A stretch of DNA of 64,000 bases from an uncultured Nitrospiraceae bacterium (lineage in GTDB: Bacteria; Nitrospirota; Nitrospiria; Nitrospirales; Nitrospiraceae). The notes beneath the pieces are model-generated. The model saw only the letters and a program-made list of their open reading frames with translations. It ran no database searches and was not told the DNA's origin. This document shows, in pieces, positions 8,099 through 19,062 of this stretch (positions are counted from its first letter, which is position 1; each line of letters starts with the position of its first letter). Position numbers and translations under genes: made by a program. The stretch lies in the NCBI GenBank assembly GCA_963846575.1, contig CAWJWJ010000002.1, positions 2,560,001-2,624,000 of the forward strand, read 5' to 3'.

Positions 8099-9535
8099 TT
8101 ACGAAACTGACTTCTTCGCCAACTTATTGGCCTGCAGGTACTTGTCGACCCCTGCCGCCATCTTCCGTCCTTCGGCGATGGCCCAGACGATGAGCGAGGC
8201 GCCCCGCTTCGTGTCGCCGCCGGCAAAGACCCCGTCGAGGTTGGTCATGAAGTTGTCATCGACGGTCACACAGCCGCGCACATCATAAGTGACGCCAAGA
8301 CTGTCCAGGAAACCGTTTCGCACCGGCCCGGTGAAGCCCATGGCGAGCAACACGAGATCCGCGTCCATCTCAAACTCCGTGTTCGGCATCGGCACAAACT
8401 TCCCGCCTTCGAACTTGACCCGATTGGCATGGAGCTTGGTGACATGGCCGTTGTGGCCGGTAAATCTGGTAGTGGACACACTCCACTGCCGATTGCAGCC
8501 TTCTTCATGGGCATGCGACGTGCGGAGCTGCATGGGCCAGAGCGGCCAGGGTGTGGATGTCGCCCGCGACGGCGGCGGCTCGGGCAATACTTCGAACTGA
8601 TGCGCTTCGGTGCAACCCTGGCGATGCGCCGTGCCTAGACAGTCAGATCCGGTATCACCGCCGCCAATGATAATAACCCGTTTGCCTTTGGCAGTAATCG
8701 GTTCGTCGGAGACGGAAATGCCGGCCGTACGCTTATTTTGCTGGGTGAGATATTCCATGGCGTAGTGGACACCCTTCAGCTCGCGTCCGGGCACGGGCAG
8801 GTCGCGCGCCAATTCGGCACCCATCGTCAGACCAACCGCATCAAATTGCGCCCGTAGTTGCTCGGCGGTGAGGTCCTTACCGACGGTGACACCGCACTTG
8901 AACTCGACGCCCTCGGCCCTCATCTGCTCCAGCCGCCGGTCGATGACCCACTTTTCCATCTTGAAGTCGGGAATGCCGTAGCGTAGCAACCCGCCGATGC
9001 GATCGCCCTTTTCGAACACCGTCACGCTGTGACCAGCCCGCGCCAGCTGCTGGGCAGCGGCGAGGCCGGCGGGACCGGACCCGACGATCGCGACGGTTTT
9101 ACCGGTCTTTCTGACCGGCATGGCCGGCTCGACGAAGCCTTCGTTGAAACCACGGTCGATGATGTTCCATTCGAGCACGCGGATCGAGACGGGATCACTG
9201 TTGATCCCCAACACACAAGCCCCTTCGCAGGGAGCAGGGCAGAGGCGACCGGTGAACTCGGGGAAGTTATTAGTGGTGTGCAGGGCTTTCAGGGCATCTT
9301 TCCAGCGCCCTCGATAGACCAGATCGTTCCATTCGGGAATCAGGTTGACGACGGGACAACCGGTATTGCCTTGGCAAAACGGCACGCCACAGTCCATGCA
9401 ACGAGCGCCCTGGATCTTGAGCTTGTCCTCCGGAATGGGCTCGTACATTTCCTTCCAATCGAGCACTCGCAGCTCAACCGGTTTCCGCTTCGGTCCCTCA
9501 CGCGCGTATTTTAAAAAGCCCTTTGGATCACCCAT
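8099..9535 (-). CDS. gltD: Glutamate synthase small (beta) subunit
   Basis: ARCMDCGVPFC, FPEFTGRLCPAPCEGAC, GSGPAGLAAA, GGGDTGSDC; downstream of gltB. Confidence 0.97.
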   Translation of the reverse strand: MGDPKGFLKYAREGPKRKPVELRVLDWKEMYEPIPEDKLKIQGARCMDCGVPFCQGNTGCPVVNLIPEWNDLVYRGRWKDALKALHTTNNFPEFTGRLCPAPCEGACVLGINSDPVSIRVLEWNIIDRGFNEGFVEPAMPVRKTGKTVAIVGSGPAGLAAAQQLARAGHSVTVFEKGDRIGGLLRYGIPDFKMEKWVIDRRLEQMRAEGVEFKCGVTVGKDLTAEQLRAQFDAVGLTMGAELARDLPVPGRELKGVHYAMEYLTQQNKRTAGISVSDEPITAKGKRVIIIGGGDTGSDCLGTAHRQGCTEAHQFEVLPEPPPSRATSTPWPLWPMQLRTSHAHEEGCNRQWSVSTTRFTGHNGHVTKLHANRVKFEGGKFVPMPNTEFEMDADLVLLAMGFTGPVRNGFLDSLGVTYDVRGCVTVDDNFMTNLDGVFAGGDTKRGASLIVWAIAEGRKMAAGVDKYLQANKLAKKSVS

Positions 9536-9595
9536 CGCTTATTCGTCTCTCATTATTCTGCCTTCGTCTCTCGCGGGCCCGTGGTCTCTTCTGTT

Positions 9596-12500
9596 CTACT
9601 TCGCAACCTTGGCGGCGGCCGCCTTGCGCTCCGCCAGTACCCGCTTGTAATCGATCGGCATGACCTTCACAAATTTCGGCAGCATGAGATCCCACGTATC
9701 GAGAATGCGTTTCGCGTTCCGACTACCGGTGTAGAGGAAATGCGAGGTGATCATTTCGTGTAGCAGCTTCTTGTCGTCCTCGGTCGTGACCTGCTCCAAT
9801 TCGACCATGCCGAGGTTGCACCGCGACTGGAATTTATCCAACTCGTTGAGTACAAATGCGACGCCGCCCGACATGCCCGCGGCGAAATTCCTTCCGGTCC
9901 GGCCCAAGACCGCCACGACCCCGCCGGTCATATATTCGCACCCGTGATCGCCCGTGCCTTCGACGACCGCACGCACGCCGCTGTTCCGTACGGCAAACCG
10001 TTCGCCCGCCATACCGTAAAAGTAGGCTTCGCCTTGAGTCCCGCCGTAGAGCGAGGTGTTCCCGACCAGGATGGTCTCCTCCGGAGTATAGATAGCGTTC
10101 TTCGGTGGGTACACAATGATCTTCCCGCCCGACAAACCCTTGCCGATGTAATCGTTCGACTCCCCTTCGAGAATCAAGGTCATGCCGCGCGAGAGAAATG
10201 CCCCGAAAGACTGTCCAGCCGAGCCGGAGAACTTGATGGTGATCGTGTCGGGCGGCAACCCGTCCAAGCCGTACTTCTTGGCGATCCTGCTGGACAACAT
10301 CGTTCCGACCGTCCGGTTGAGGTTCCTGATCGGCAGGTCGAGCGTCACCTTTTCACCGCGATCAATCGCCGGCTGGCAAAGTTCGATCAGCTTGCGATCC
10401 AGGATCTCCGCGATACCGTGATCCTGCTTTTGCACACAATACCGCGGCACTTCCGGGCCGACCTCGGGCATTCTGAGGAGCGGCGTCAAATCGAGCCCCT
10501 TCGCCTTCCAATGCTCCACGGCTTTTTGAATCTTCAGTTTATCCACGCGGCCGACCATTTCATTAATGGTGCGAAATCCGAGCTTCGCCATGATCTGCCG
10601 CAATTCTTCAGCGATGAAGAAAAAGAAGTTCACGACATGTTCCGGCTGCCCGTTGAATTTCTTGCGCAACAGCGGATCCTGCGTCGCGATCCCGACGGGG
10701 CAGGTATTGAGGTGACACTTCCGCATCATGATGCAACCTTCGACGATGAGGGGTGCGGTCGCAAACCCGTATTCTTCAGCGCCCAGGAGCGCCGCGATCG
10801 CGACATCGCGCCCGGTCTTCATCTGTCCGTCGGTTTCAACACGGATGCGGCCCCGCAAGTCATTGAGCACCAGCGTCTGATGCGTTTCCGCCAATCCCAA
10901 TTCCCACGGCACCCCGGCATACTTGATAGACGACAAGGGAGAGGCGCCGGTTCCGCCTGAGTCACCGCTGATCAGCACTTTGTCCGCATGGGCCTTCGCC
11001 ACACCGGCCGCAACCGTGCCGACGCCGACTTCTGACACCAGCTTGACCGACACCGCCGCGTCGGAATTGGCATTCTTCAAGTCAAAGATCAATTGTGCCA
11101 GATCTTCAATGGAGTAGATGTCGTGGTGCGGCGGTGGCGAAATGAGCTGCACGCCGGGCGTCGCGTACCGGAGCCGCGCGATGTTTTCATCGACCTTGTG
11201 GCCGGGCAGCTGACCGCCTTCACCCGGTTTGGCCCCCTGCGCCATCTTGATTTGCAGTTCCTTGGCGTTCACCAGGTAATGGCTCGTGACTCCGAACCGC
11301 GCTGACGCGACCTGCTTGATGTAACTGTTTCTCGAATCACCATTCGGAAGGGCCTCGAACCGTTCGGGATCTTCGCCCCCTTCGCCGGTGTTGCTCTTGG
11401 CCCCCAACCGGTTCATGGCAATGGCCAGCGTCTCGTGCGCTTCCTTGCTGATCGACCCGAACGACATGGCGCCGGTGGTGAATCGCTTCACGATATCCTT
11501 GGCTGACTCCACTTCCTCCAGCGGAATCGCCTCGGGCAAAAACTTGAAATCGAGCAGACCGCGCAGGTTCGACCGCCGCTTGCTCTCGTCGTTCACTAAT
11601 TGCGAGAACTCGGCGAAGGTTTTCGGGTCATTTTTCTGAGTCGCATGCTGGAGTTTATAGATTGTGTCGGGATTCCAATTGTGATGTTCACCCTGAATGC
11701 GATAATGGATCTCGCCGCCGAAATCCAACTGCCGGATCGGGGCGGGCTCGTAGGCCACCCGATGCCGCCGCAACGATTCTTCGCCGATCTCGCGGATGCT
11801 GATCCCTTCCAGCCGCGACGGGGTCCCGGTGAAATAACGATCGACCAGTTCATGGTTCAGTCCGATGGCTTCGAAAATCTGCGCGCCGCAGTAGGACTGA
11901 ACGGTCGAAATCCCCATCTTGGAGAAAATCTTCAGGAGGCCTTTGTTGATCGCCTTGATGAACTTGCCTTCCGCGGTCGGCGCATCCAGACCTTCAGGGA
12001 AATAGCCGTCACGCTCCATGTCCACGAGCGACTCGAATACCAGATAGGGGTTCACCGTTCCGGCGCCGAAACCGATGAGGCAGGCGAAGTGATGCACGTC
12101 GCGCGGCTCGCCGGTTTCGACGGTTAGTCCCACTTCGGTTCTCGTGCATTCGCGCACCAGATGATGATGCACCGCCGCCACGCCGAGCAGGCTGGGGATC
12201 GGCGCGTAGTCTTCGTTGACACCCCGGTCGCTGAGGATCAGGAACTTATACCCTTCGCGAATCGCCTGTGACGCCTGCCTGCACAAATCGTCCACCGCCG
12301 CGCCAAGACCCTCCGGCCCTTCGGCCACGCGGAACAGCATCCTGAGCGTCTTGCTCTTGAAATTGGGATCGTTGATCTCGCGGATCTTCTGCAGATCGGC
12401 GTTGGTCAGGATGGGCTGCTTCACCCGGATGCGTCGGCAGGACTCCGGATGTTCGTCCATAAGATTAGGTTTCGGGCCGATGCTGGTCGTGAGCGACATC

Positions 12501-14116
12501 ACGAGTTCTTCGCGAATCGGATCGATCGGCGGATTGGTCACCTGGGCAAAGAGTTGCTTGAAGTATTTGAACAGGAGTTGCGGCCGTTCGGACAGGACTG
12601 CGAGCGGCGTATCCGTGCCCATGGAGGAGATGGCTTCCTGCCCTTCCACGACCATCGGCGTGATCACCATCTTCAGCTCTTCCACGGTATAGCCGAATGC
12701 CTGCTGACGCTGTCGTATCGTGGGATGGTCCGGCTGCGGCACATTGATGGGATCCGGCAACTCATCGAGCGAGATCCGGTATTGCGCCACCCAGGAACGG
12801 TAGGGTTTGCGCTGAACGATATCCGCCTTCACTTCTTCATCGTCGATGATACGGCCCAGTTCGGTGTCCACCAGAAACATGCGACCCGGCATCAAGCGGC
12901 CCTTCTGACGAATTCTCTGCGGATCCATCGGAAGGACGCCCGCCTCGGAAGCGAGCACCACGAGGCCGTCGGTCGTCACCTGATAGCGACAAGGACGAAG
13001 TCCATTTCGATCCAGCGTCGCGCCGATCAGCTTGCCGTCGGTAAAACAGACGGCTGCGGGCCCGTCCCAGGGTTCCTGCATGGCAGCGTGATACTCGTAG
13101 AATCCTCGACGATCCAGATCCATTTGCGAGTTGGCCACCCAGGGCTCAGGGATCAACATCATCATGGCGTGAGGCAGCGACCGGCCGCCGAGCACCAGAA
13201 ATTCCAGGGCATTGTCCAGACAAGCCGAATCGCTTTGATTCTCGGACACGATAGGAAATAGTTTCTGCATGTCCTCGCCGAACAGCTCGGTGTTCAGCCG
13301 GCCTTGGCGCGCACGCATCCAGTTCACGTTCCCCTTTAACGTATTGATCTCGCCGTTGTGGCAAATGTACCGATAGGGATGGGCCAACGGCCAGGTGGGA
13401 AACGTGTTCGTGCTGAAGCGGGCATGCACCAGTGCCAGCGCGCTGGTCAGGTTGCTATCGGAGAGGTCCTGATAATACTGCGGAATCTGATGCGGGAGCA
13501 GCAGCCCTTTATAGACGATCGTATTGCTGGAGAGGCTCGAGATATAGAAGTACTCACGTCCTTCGATGGCGGATTCGCGGATGGCCCGCTCGACACACTT
13601 TCGAATGACGTAGAGCCGCCGCTCGAATTCCTCGTCCGTAAAGATCCCCCGCGCGATGAACACCTGCCGCATGAAGGGTTCGGTGGTGCGTGCCAGGTCA
13701 CCGATCGCGTCACTCTTGACCGGCACATCGCGCCAACCGAGGAGCTTGGCGCCTTCGGCTTTGATCACGCGGGCGAAGACGGTCTCGCACTGTTTCCGGG
13801 CATCGGCATCAGGCGGCAGGAACAGCATGCCCACGCCGTACTCTCCGGCACCGGGCAACTTGATCCCGATATCCTTCGCAACCCGCTTGAAGAACTCGTG
13901 CGGGACTTGAAGCAGAATACCGACGCCGTCACCGGTGCAGGGATCACAACCTTGCGCCCCGCGATGAGCCAGGTTTTCCAAGACCTGCAGCCCCTGCTGC
14001 ACGATCAGATGGGACTTCTGTCCCTTGATGTCGACGACAAACCCGACCCCGCACGAATCTTTTTCATGCTGCGGATCGTATAACCCCTGTTTGGAGGGAA
14101 GCCCTGGTATATTCAT
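9596..14116 (-). CDS. gltB: Glutamate synthase large (alpha) subunit
   Basis: DSCGVGF N-terminal nucleophile, [47 protein letters not shown] domain; start at MNIPG. Confidence 0.97.
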   Translation of the reverse strand: MNIPGLPSKQGLYDPQHEKDSCGVGFVVDIKGQKSHLIVQQGLQVLENLAHRGAQGCDPCTGDGVGILLQVPHEFFKRVAKDIGIKLPGAGEYGVGMLFLPPDADARKQCETVFARVIKAEGAKLLGWRDVPVKSDAIGDLARTTEPFMRQVFIARGIFTDEEFERRLYVIRKCVERAIRESAIEGREYFYISSLSSNTIVYKGLLLPHQIPQYYQDLSDSNLTSALALVHARFSTNTFPTWPLAHPYRYICHNGEINTLKGNVNWMRARQGRLNTELFGEDMQKLFPIVSENQSDSACLDNALEFLVLGGRSLPHAMMMLIPEPWVANSQMDLDRRGFYEYHAAMQEPWDGPAAVCFTDGKLIGATLDRNGLRPCRYQVTTDGLVVLASEAGVLPMDPQRIRQKGRLMPGRMFLVDTELGRIIDDEEVKADIVQRKPYRSWVAQYRISLDELPDPINVPQPDHPTIRQRQQAFGYTVEELKMVITPMVVEGQEAISSMGTDTPLAVLSERPQLLFKYFKQLFAQVTNPPIDPIREELVMSLTTSIGPKPNLMDEHPESCRRIRVKQPILTNADLQKIREINDPNFKSKTLRMLFRVAEGPEGLGAAVDDLCRQASQAIREGYKFLILSDRGVNEDYAPIPSLLGVAAVHHHLVRECTRTEVGLTVETGEPRDVHHFACLIGFGAGTVNPYLVFESLVDMERDGYFPEGLDAPTAEGKFIKAINKGLLKIFSKMGISTVQSYCGAQIFEAIGLNHELVDRYFTGTPSRLEGISIREIGEESLRRHRVAYEPAPIRQLDFGGEIHYRIQGEHHNWNPDTIYKLQHATQKNDPKTFAEFSQLVNDESKRRSNLRGLLDFKFLPEAIPLEEVESAKDIVKRFTTGAMSFGSISKEAHETLAIAMNRLGAKSNTGEGGEDPERFEALPNGDSRNSYIKQVASARFGVTSHYLVNAKELQIKMAQGAKPGEGGQLPGHKVDENIARLRYATPGVQLISPPPHHDIYSIEDLAQLIFDLKNANSDAAVSVKLVSEVGVGTVAAGVAKAHADKVLISGDSGGTGASPLSSIKYAGVPWELGLAETHQTLVLNDLRGRIRVETDGQMKTGRDVAIAALLGAEEYGFATAPLIVEGCIMMRKCHLNTCPVGIATQDPLLRKKFNGQPEHVVNFFFFIAEELRQIMAKLGFRTINEMVGRVDKLKIQKAVEHWKAKGLDLTPLLRMPEVGPEVPRYCVQKQDHGIAEILDRKLIELCQPAIDRGEKVTLDLPIRNLNRTVGTMLSSRIAKKYGLDGLPPDTITIKFSGSAGQSFGAFLSRGMTLILEGESNDYIGKGLSGGKIIVYPPKNAIYTPEETILVGNTSLYGGTQGEAYFYGMAGERFAVRNSGVRAVVEGTGDHGCEYMTGGVVAVLGRTGRNFAAGMSGGVAFVLNELDKFQSRCNLGMVELEQVTTEDDKKLLHEMITSHFLYTGSRNAKRILDTWDLMLPKFVKVMPIDYKRVLAERKAAAAKVAK

Positions 14117-14243
14117 GGCACGTATTCTCGTCTTAATCAGGCAGGTAATGACCCGGGGAACAGAATCCCCACAGGGGGGCGTTGCAGCTGGCAAACGACC
14201 ACAGTGACTACTACCACTCTTGTGAGGAAATAAATGAGAAGTC

Positions 14244-14273
14244 ACCTTACTGGATGAGCCGCGAAACTGTCAA
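14244..14273 (-). promoter_or_regulatory. Sigma70-like promoter of gltBD
   Basis: TTGACA-N18-TAAGGT. Confidence 0.5.
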
Positions 14274-14316
14274 GAGAACGGCGATCCGATCAGCGTCCCA
14301 ATTGATAGACCGGCGC

Positions 14317-14346
14317 TTGACTTAGTAGAGTTTCCTGCCCTACTAT
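14317..14346 (+). promoter_or_regulatory. Sigma70-like promoter, probably leaderless
   Basis: TTGACT-N18-TACTAT-N7-ATG(14354). Confidence 0.6.
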
Positions 14347-14353
14347 CCGCCCC

Positions 14354-15358
14354 ATGTCGAACGGACCGACCACCCTTACTCTCCACAGCATGGCCGATGT
14401 GTGGGATGTCTATCGCGAGGAGTTGGAGGGGGTCGAAGAACAGATCAAAAAAAACCTCGACTCCAGCGTCGCCCTGGTCAATACCGTCGCCGCCCACATA
14501 CTTAACAGCGGCGGCAAACGCATCAGACCCCTCTTCGTGCTCCTCAGCGCCCATCTGTGCGGATACGCCGGACGCGATCATCAAACTCTCGGCAGCCTGG
14601 TCGAATTCATACATACCGCCACTCTCTTGCACGACGATGTCGTCGATGAAGCCGATCTCCGTCGAGGCCGCCGGACGGCGAGCAAAGTCTGGGGCAACCA
14701 GATCAGCATCCTGGTCGGGGATTACCTCTACTCACGAGCCATCTGCCAGATCGTCGACTTCCGCAATCAAGGCATCAACGAAGCACTCTCCGAGGCCTGC
14801 CGGAAAATGGCCGAAGGCGAAGTCCTGCAGTTGTACTACAACGGCAATCCCCTGATGCCGGAACCGGAATATCTGCGCATCATTGAACATAAGACGGCCG
14901 GATTGATTGCGGCATCCTGCAAAATCGGCGCGATCGTCGGTGGGGCCACGGAAGAGTTACAGGAGGCGTTGTTCCGGTTCGGGCAGCGACTGGGCATTGC
15001 GTTCCAACTGGCGGACGATACCCTGGACTATGCCGCCAACGGCGAGCACCTGGGCAAGACGCTCGGGCAGGACCTGCGGCAAGGGAAAGCAACCCTGCCG
15101 TTACTGCATCTCTTGCAGCATTGCTCGGAGCACGATCGGCAGTTGATCAAGGATCGAATGGAGACCCGGACTTTGAGCGACGAAGAACTTCGCCGCATCG
15201 TTACTCTGATGCAGGAGTATGGGTCCATCGCCTACGCCATGGAGCGGGCACGCGCCTTCGTCGCGGCAGCCAAGCGCGATCTCGACCTCTTCCACGACAA
15301 CACTGCGAAGCGAGCTCTGTCCATCGCCGCCGATTACATGGTGACTCGCGACCGCTGA
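14354..15358 (+). CDS. ispB: Trans-polyprenyl diphosphate synthase (IspB/HepT-like)
   Basis: GGKRIRP, HDDVVDEADLRRG (FARM), KTA, FQLADDTLD (SARM), GKATLP. Confidence 0.9.
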   Translation: MSNGPTTLTLHSMADVWDVYREELEGVEEQIKKNLDSSVALVNTVAAHILNSGGKRIRPLFVLLSAHLCGYAGRDHQTLGSLVEFIHTATLLHDDVVDEADLRRGRRTASKVWGNQISILVGDYLYSRAICQIVDFRNQGINEALSEACRKMAEGEVLQLYYNGNPLMPEPEYLRIIEHKTAGLIAASCKIGAIVGGATEELQEALFRFGQRLGIAFQLADDTLDYAANGEHLGKTLGQDLRQGKATLPLLHLLQHCSEHDRQLIKDRMETRTLSDEELRRIVTLMQEYGSIAYAMERARAFVAAAKRDLDLFHDNTAKRALSIAADYMVTRDR

Positions 15359-15485
15359 GTCGCCGCCGCTCGACTTCACAACGCCCACGTTATGCTGATA
15401 GACACACTGGTGCAGCGACAACTCGGCTCGCCGCCGGGCGGACAGGACCACACCGCACCCACGAGAGAAAAGGACAACAATCTGT

Positions 15486-16808
15486 ATGGCACACGTCATT
15501 CCCTTCCACGGTACGTTATACAACCCCGCGACGGTCGGCGACGTTCGGCAGGTGGTTGCACCGCCCTACGACATCATCGACAGCACGTTGCAGAAGACGC
15601 TGCATGATCGCCACCAGAACAACGTGATCCGCCTGGAACTCGGGTATGAACAGCCCGGCGACAGCCCCGGGAACAACAAATACAGCCGCGCCGCGAGTGC
15701 GCTGAAAGAGTGGCTGAAAGCCGGCGCGTTGCGCCGCGACAGCCAGCCGGCCATCTATTACCATACGATCGAGTACCGCCCGCCCTATTCGGCTCCTGGC
15801 ACTCCGACCAAGCTGTTTAAAGGCTTTCTTTCCACGGTGGAGTTGGAGGAATTCGGCTCGGGGAAGATTTACCCGCACGAGAACACGCGCGCCGCAGCCA
15901 AAACGGATCGGCTGAATCTCCTGGAAGCCTGCGGGGCGAACTTCAGCCCGATCATTTCGCTCTATTCGGACCCTCAGAATGAAATCCTGACGCTGATCGA
16001 AACGGCCATCGCCTCCGAGAAGCCCCGCATTGATTTCCAGGACGACGAGGGGTTCCGGCAGCGGCTCTGGAGCGTCACCGATCGGGTGGTGCTCGACCGG
16101 GTCGTTCAGATCATGAAGGACAAACTGCTCTTCATCGCCGATGGGCACCACCGGTACGAGACGGCGCTGAACTATCGCCGCACCAGACGGCAGCAGGCCG
16201 GCGCACCGTCCACGCCCCAGCCCTACGACAACGTGTTGATGTTGTTCGCGAGCCTTGAGGACAAGGGATTGACCGTGTTGCCGACGCACCGCATCCTGAC
16301 CACAGAGTTGCCGAAGCCCGCGGAGGTGGTGCGCAGGCTCGAGTCAATCTTCGACATCACACCGCTCCCCTTCCAGCCATCCACGGAACCGCAGGTGCGC
16401 GGACAGTTCATCGACATGCTGCGCAGCCGCGGACAGTCGATCCCGATGTTCGGCCTCGCGCTGAAAGAAGATTTGCAATATTACCTGCTGGCGTTAAAGA
16501 CGGCGCACCGCCCCTCGGCCGCGGCTTCGCCGCGCGATCGGTTAGACGTGTCCCTCTTGCAACAACATGTGGTTGCCACGCTCTGTCCGACCCAGCAGGA
16601 GCAGGAAGCGATGCGTTACTCCAAGGACGATCACGAATCTTTGAACTGGGTGCGCGAGGGAACCGGTACCGCGGCCTTGTTGCTGAATCCGACCAGAGTC
16701 GCCGAAGTGCAGGCCGTGGCCTCAGCAGGCGAACGGATGCCTCACAAGTCGACCTATTTCTTTCCCAAGCCGCTTACCGGGCTGGTCATGAACGTGATGG
16801 AAGGATGA
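15486..16808 (+). CDS. DUF1015 family protein
   Basis: APPYDII, PHENT, IADGHHRYETA, MPHKSTYFFPK. Confidence 0.9.
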   Translation: MAHVIPFHGTLYNPATVGDVRQVVAPPYDIIDSTLQKTLHDRHQNNVIRLELGYEQPGDSPGNNKYSRAASALKEWLKAGALRRDSQPAIYYHTIEYRPPYSAPGTPTKLFKGFLSTVELEEFGSGKIYPHENTRAAAKTDRLNLLEACGANFSPIISLYSDPQNEILTLIETAIASEKPRIDFQDDEGFRQRLWSVTDRVVLDRVVQIMKDKLLFIADGHHRYETALNYRRTRRQQAGAPSTPQPYDNVLMLFASLEDKGLTVLPTHRILTTELPKPAEVVRRLESIFDITPLPFQPSTEPQVRGQFIDMLRSRGQSIPMFGLALKEDLQYYLLALKTAHRPSAAASPRDRLDVSLLQQHVVATLCPTQQEQEAMRYSKDDHESLNWVREGTGTAALLLNPTRVAEVQAVASAGERMPHKSTYFFPKPLTGLVMNVMEG

Positions 16809-16835
16809 GTTGCACTGTGGCATGAGGGCGATCGA

Positions 16836-18227
16836 ATGAGCGGACCTGCGATGAAGGCTAAGGTGCTGATTGTTGATGACGACCAGGACATCGTCACCAT
16901 GCTGCAGGATCGCCTCGACGCCAGCGGGTACAGAACGTTCACCGCCAGTGACGGTCAACGCGGTATCGAACTCATTGAGCAGGAATCCCCCAACCTCGTA
17001 CTCCTCGATCTATACCTCCCGCGCCTCAAGGGCATGGACGTGCTGAAGCGCATGGCGCAAAACCGGCAAATCGACGACATCCCGGTCATTGTCATGACCG
17101 CCGCAGGCACGATCCCGGATGCGGTCGAAGCCATGCGCCAGGGCGCCTACGATTTTTTGACGAAGCCCCTCGAAAAAGACCATCTGCTCATCGTGATTCA
17201 AAAAGCCCTGGAGCGGGACTCGTTGAAGCGGCAAGTGGCCGCCCTCAAATCCGACATCCAAAACCGGTATGCCACCATTGTCGGAGATAGTCAGAAAATC
17301 AAAGCGATCATCGAATCGGCGCAACGCGCCGCCAACTCGGATGCCAGCATTCTGCTACTGGGGGAGAGCGGAACCGGCAAGGAACTCTTCGCACGCTCTA
17401 TCCACCAATGGAGCCCTCGTCAGGGCATGCCTATGGTCGTGATCAACTGCGTGGCGCTGACGGAAACGTTGCTGGAGAACGAACTCTTCGGTCATGAACG
17501 CGGGGCCTATACCGGCGCGGACCGGATGCAAAAGGGCAAATTGGAGATGGCTGAGGGAGGAACCGTCTTTCTCGATGAGATCGGGGACATGCCCCTGCCG
17601 TTACAGGCCAAACTCCTGCGGGTGCTGCAGGACAGGGAATTCCAGCGGGTCGGAGGAACACGCCCGGTCTCCGTCAACATTCGCTTCGTGGCCGCGACCA
17701 ACAAGGATCTCAGACAGGCGGTAAAGGCCGGGCAGTTCAGAGAGGATCTGTTCTTTCGGCTGAACGTCGTGACCTTTACACTCCCGCCCTTGCGGGACCG
17801 CAGTGAGGACATTCCCCGGCTGGCCGAGTTTTTTCTCACCCGCCACGCCTATGAAGCCAAACGTCCGGGCGTCACGCTCAGTCCCGCGGCGCTGAACACC
17901 TTGACCCATTACCCCTGGCCCGGCAACATACGGGAACTCGATAATGTCCTCTCCCGGGCGGTCGTGCTCAGCCCCAGCGATGTCATCGAACCTGATTCCT
18001 TGGCCTTGTCGGCCGATGAGACGGCGGGAAAGGGTACGGCGGAGAGCACGCTGCCCTACATCAATCTCACCTACCATGAGTCGATGGAGGCACACAGCGC
18101 CTATATCATTGATCGGGCGCTGGAGCGGGCGGCAGGCAATCAAACCAAGGCTGCCGAGTTTCTCGACCTTCAACGGACCTATCTCGCCCGTTTGATCAAG
18201 CAACGGAAACCAGCTGCCGGTGAATAA
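16836..18227 (+). CDS. Sigma54-dependent response regulator (NtrC/AtoC type)
   Basis: REC domain (VDDD, LLD, KP), GESGTGKE, GAYTGA, FLDEIG, WPGNIREL, Fis-type HTH. Confidence 0.95.
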   Translation: MSGPAMKAKVLIVDDDQDIVTMLQDRLDASGYRTFTASDGQRGIELIEQESPNLVLLDLYLPRLKGMDVLKRMAQNRQIDDIPVIVMTAAGTIPDAVEAMRQGAYDFLTKPLEKDHLLIVIQKALERDSLKRQVAALKSDIQNRYATIVGDSQKIKAIIESAQRAANSDASILLLGESGTGKELFARSIHQWSPRQGMPMVVINCVALTETLLENELFGHERGAYTGADRMQKGKLEMAEGGTVFLDEIGDMPLPLQAKLLRVLQDREFQRVGGTRPVSVNIRFVAATNKDLRQAVKAGQFREDLFFRLNVVTFTLPPLRDRSEDIPRLAEFFLTRHAYEAKRPGVTLSPAALNTLTHYPWPGNIRELDNVLSRAVVLSPSDVIEPDSLALSADETAGKGTAESTLPYINLTYHESMEAHSAYIIDRALERAAGNQTKAAEFLDLQRTYLARLIKQRKPAAGE

Positions 18228-18297
18228 TTCAGCCGAAGGCTCGTTTCGTCACCTCCCGGCATCTTTTCGGGGAGCTGCACTCAGCCTGCGGCGAGCC

Positions 18298-19035
18298 TTA
18301 CGCATCTTTTCGTGCGGATAAACTGAGCATCCCCGCAGCGGCATCTCGCTCAACCTGCGCATACCGTTCCGGCGTCCCGACGTCGCTCCAGTACCCATCG
18401 AACTCGTAGCCCATGATCCGCTCCCCCGTTTGAATGCCCTGGACGTATGCATCAATGATTGAGCATTCCTTGCCGGCCGGAAGGAAACGCAGCAGACGCG
18501 GGTGCAGAATATGGATACCGGCAAACATCCGCCCCGACGTGGGCGAGGAGACGGAGCGACCGCGTCCCGTAATCCGAACCACTTCCCCTTGGCCGGTGAG
18601 TTCGATCAGGCCCCAGCGAGCAGCTTCAGGATCCTGACGCAAGACCAGAGTGGCCGCCGCATTGTGCGCGTGATGGAAGCTGATGAGGGCCGTGAGATCC
18701 AGCTCGAAGAGGGTGTCGCCGTTCAGTATCAGCACCGGCTCGCTGCGGAACTGGGTCTCGGCCTGTTTGATTCCGCCCCCCGTGCCCAGAATCACGGGCT
18801 CGCACGAATAGGTTATTCGCACACCGAAACGGCCGCCATCGCCCAATGCAGCCTGGATCATCGCCCCCAGATGATGGACATTGATGACGATGTCCTGAAT
18901 GCCGTGACGCTTCAGGAGCAACAGATTCCAGACAATCATGGGAGTGCCGGCGACAGGCAGGAGCGGCTTTGGCGTCACATCGGTGAGGGGCCTTAACCGG
19001 GTTCCGAACCCCGCTGCGAGAATCATGGCCTTCAT
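18298..19035 (-). CDS. murU: Nucleotidyltransferase, MurNAc-alpha-1-phosphate uridylyltransferase-like
   Basis: MKAMILAAGFGTRLRPLTDVTPKPL, GTGGGI, WSDVGTPE; follows the amgK-like gene. Confidence 0.8.
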   Translation of the reverse strand: MKAMILAAGFGTRLRPLTDVTPKPLLPVAGTPMIVWNLLLLKRHGIQDIVINVHHLGAMIQAALGDGGRFGVRITYSCEPVILGTGGGIKQAETQFRSEPVLILNGDTLFELDLTALISFHHAHNAAATLVLRQDPEAARWGLIELTGQGEVVRITGRGRSVSSPTSGRMFAGIHILHPRLLRFLPAGKECSIIDAYVQGIQTGERIMGYEFDGYWSDVGTPERYAQVERDAAAGMLSLSARKDA

Positions 19036-19062
19036 AGCAGAGTGCTGGCTGTTATCCCGGCG

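Noticed and set aside
9944..14083. Long plus-strand ORFs antisense to gltB (e.g. 9944..10960, 12449..13261)
   Set aside because: Shadow ORFs expected from GC-rich codon bias; no recognisable motifs
14117..14245. Longer gltB start at 14245
   Set aside because: It overlaps the predicted -10 element; the GltB-like sequence starts at MNIPG (14116)
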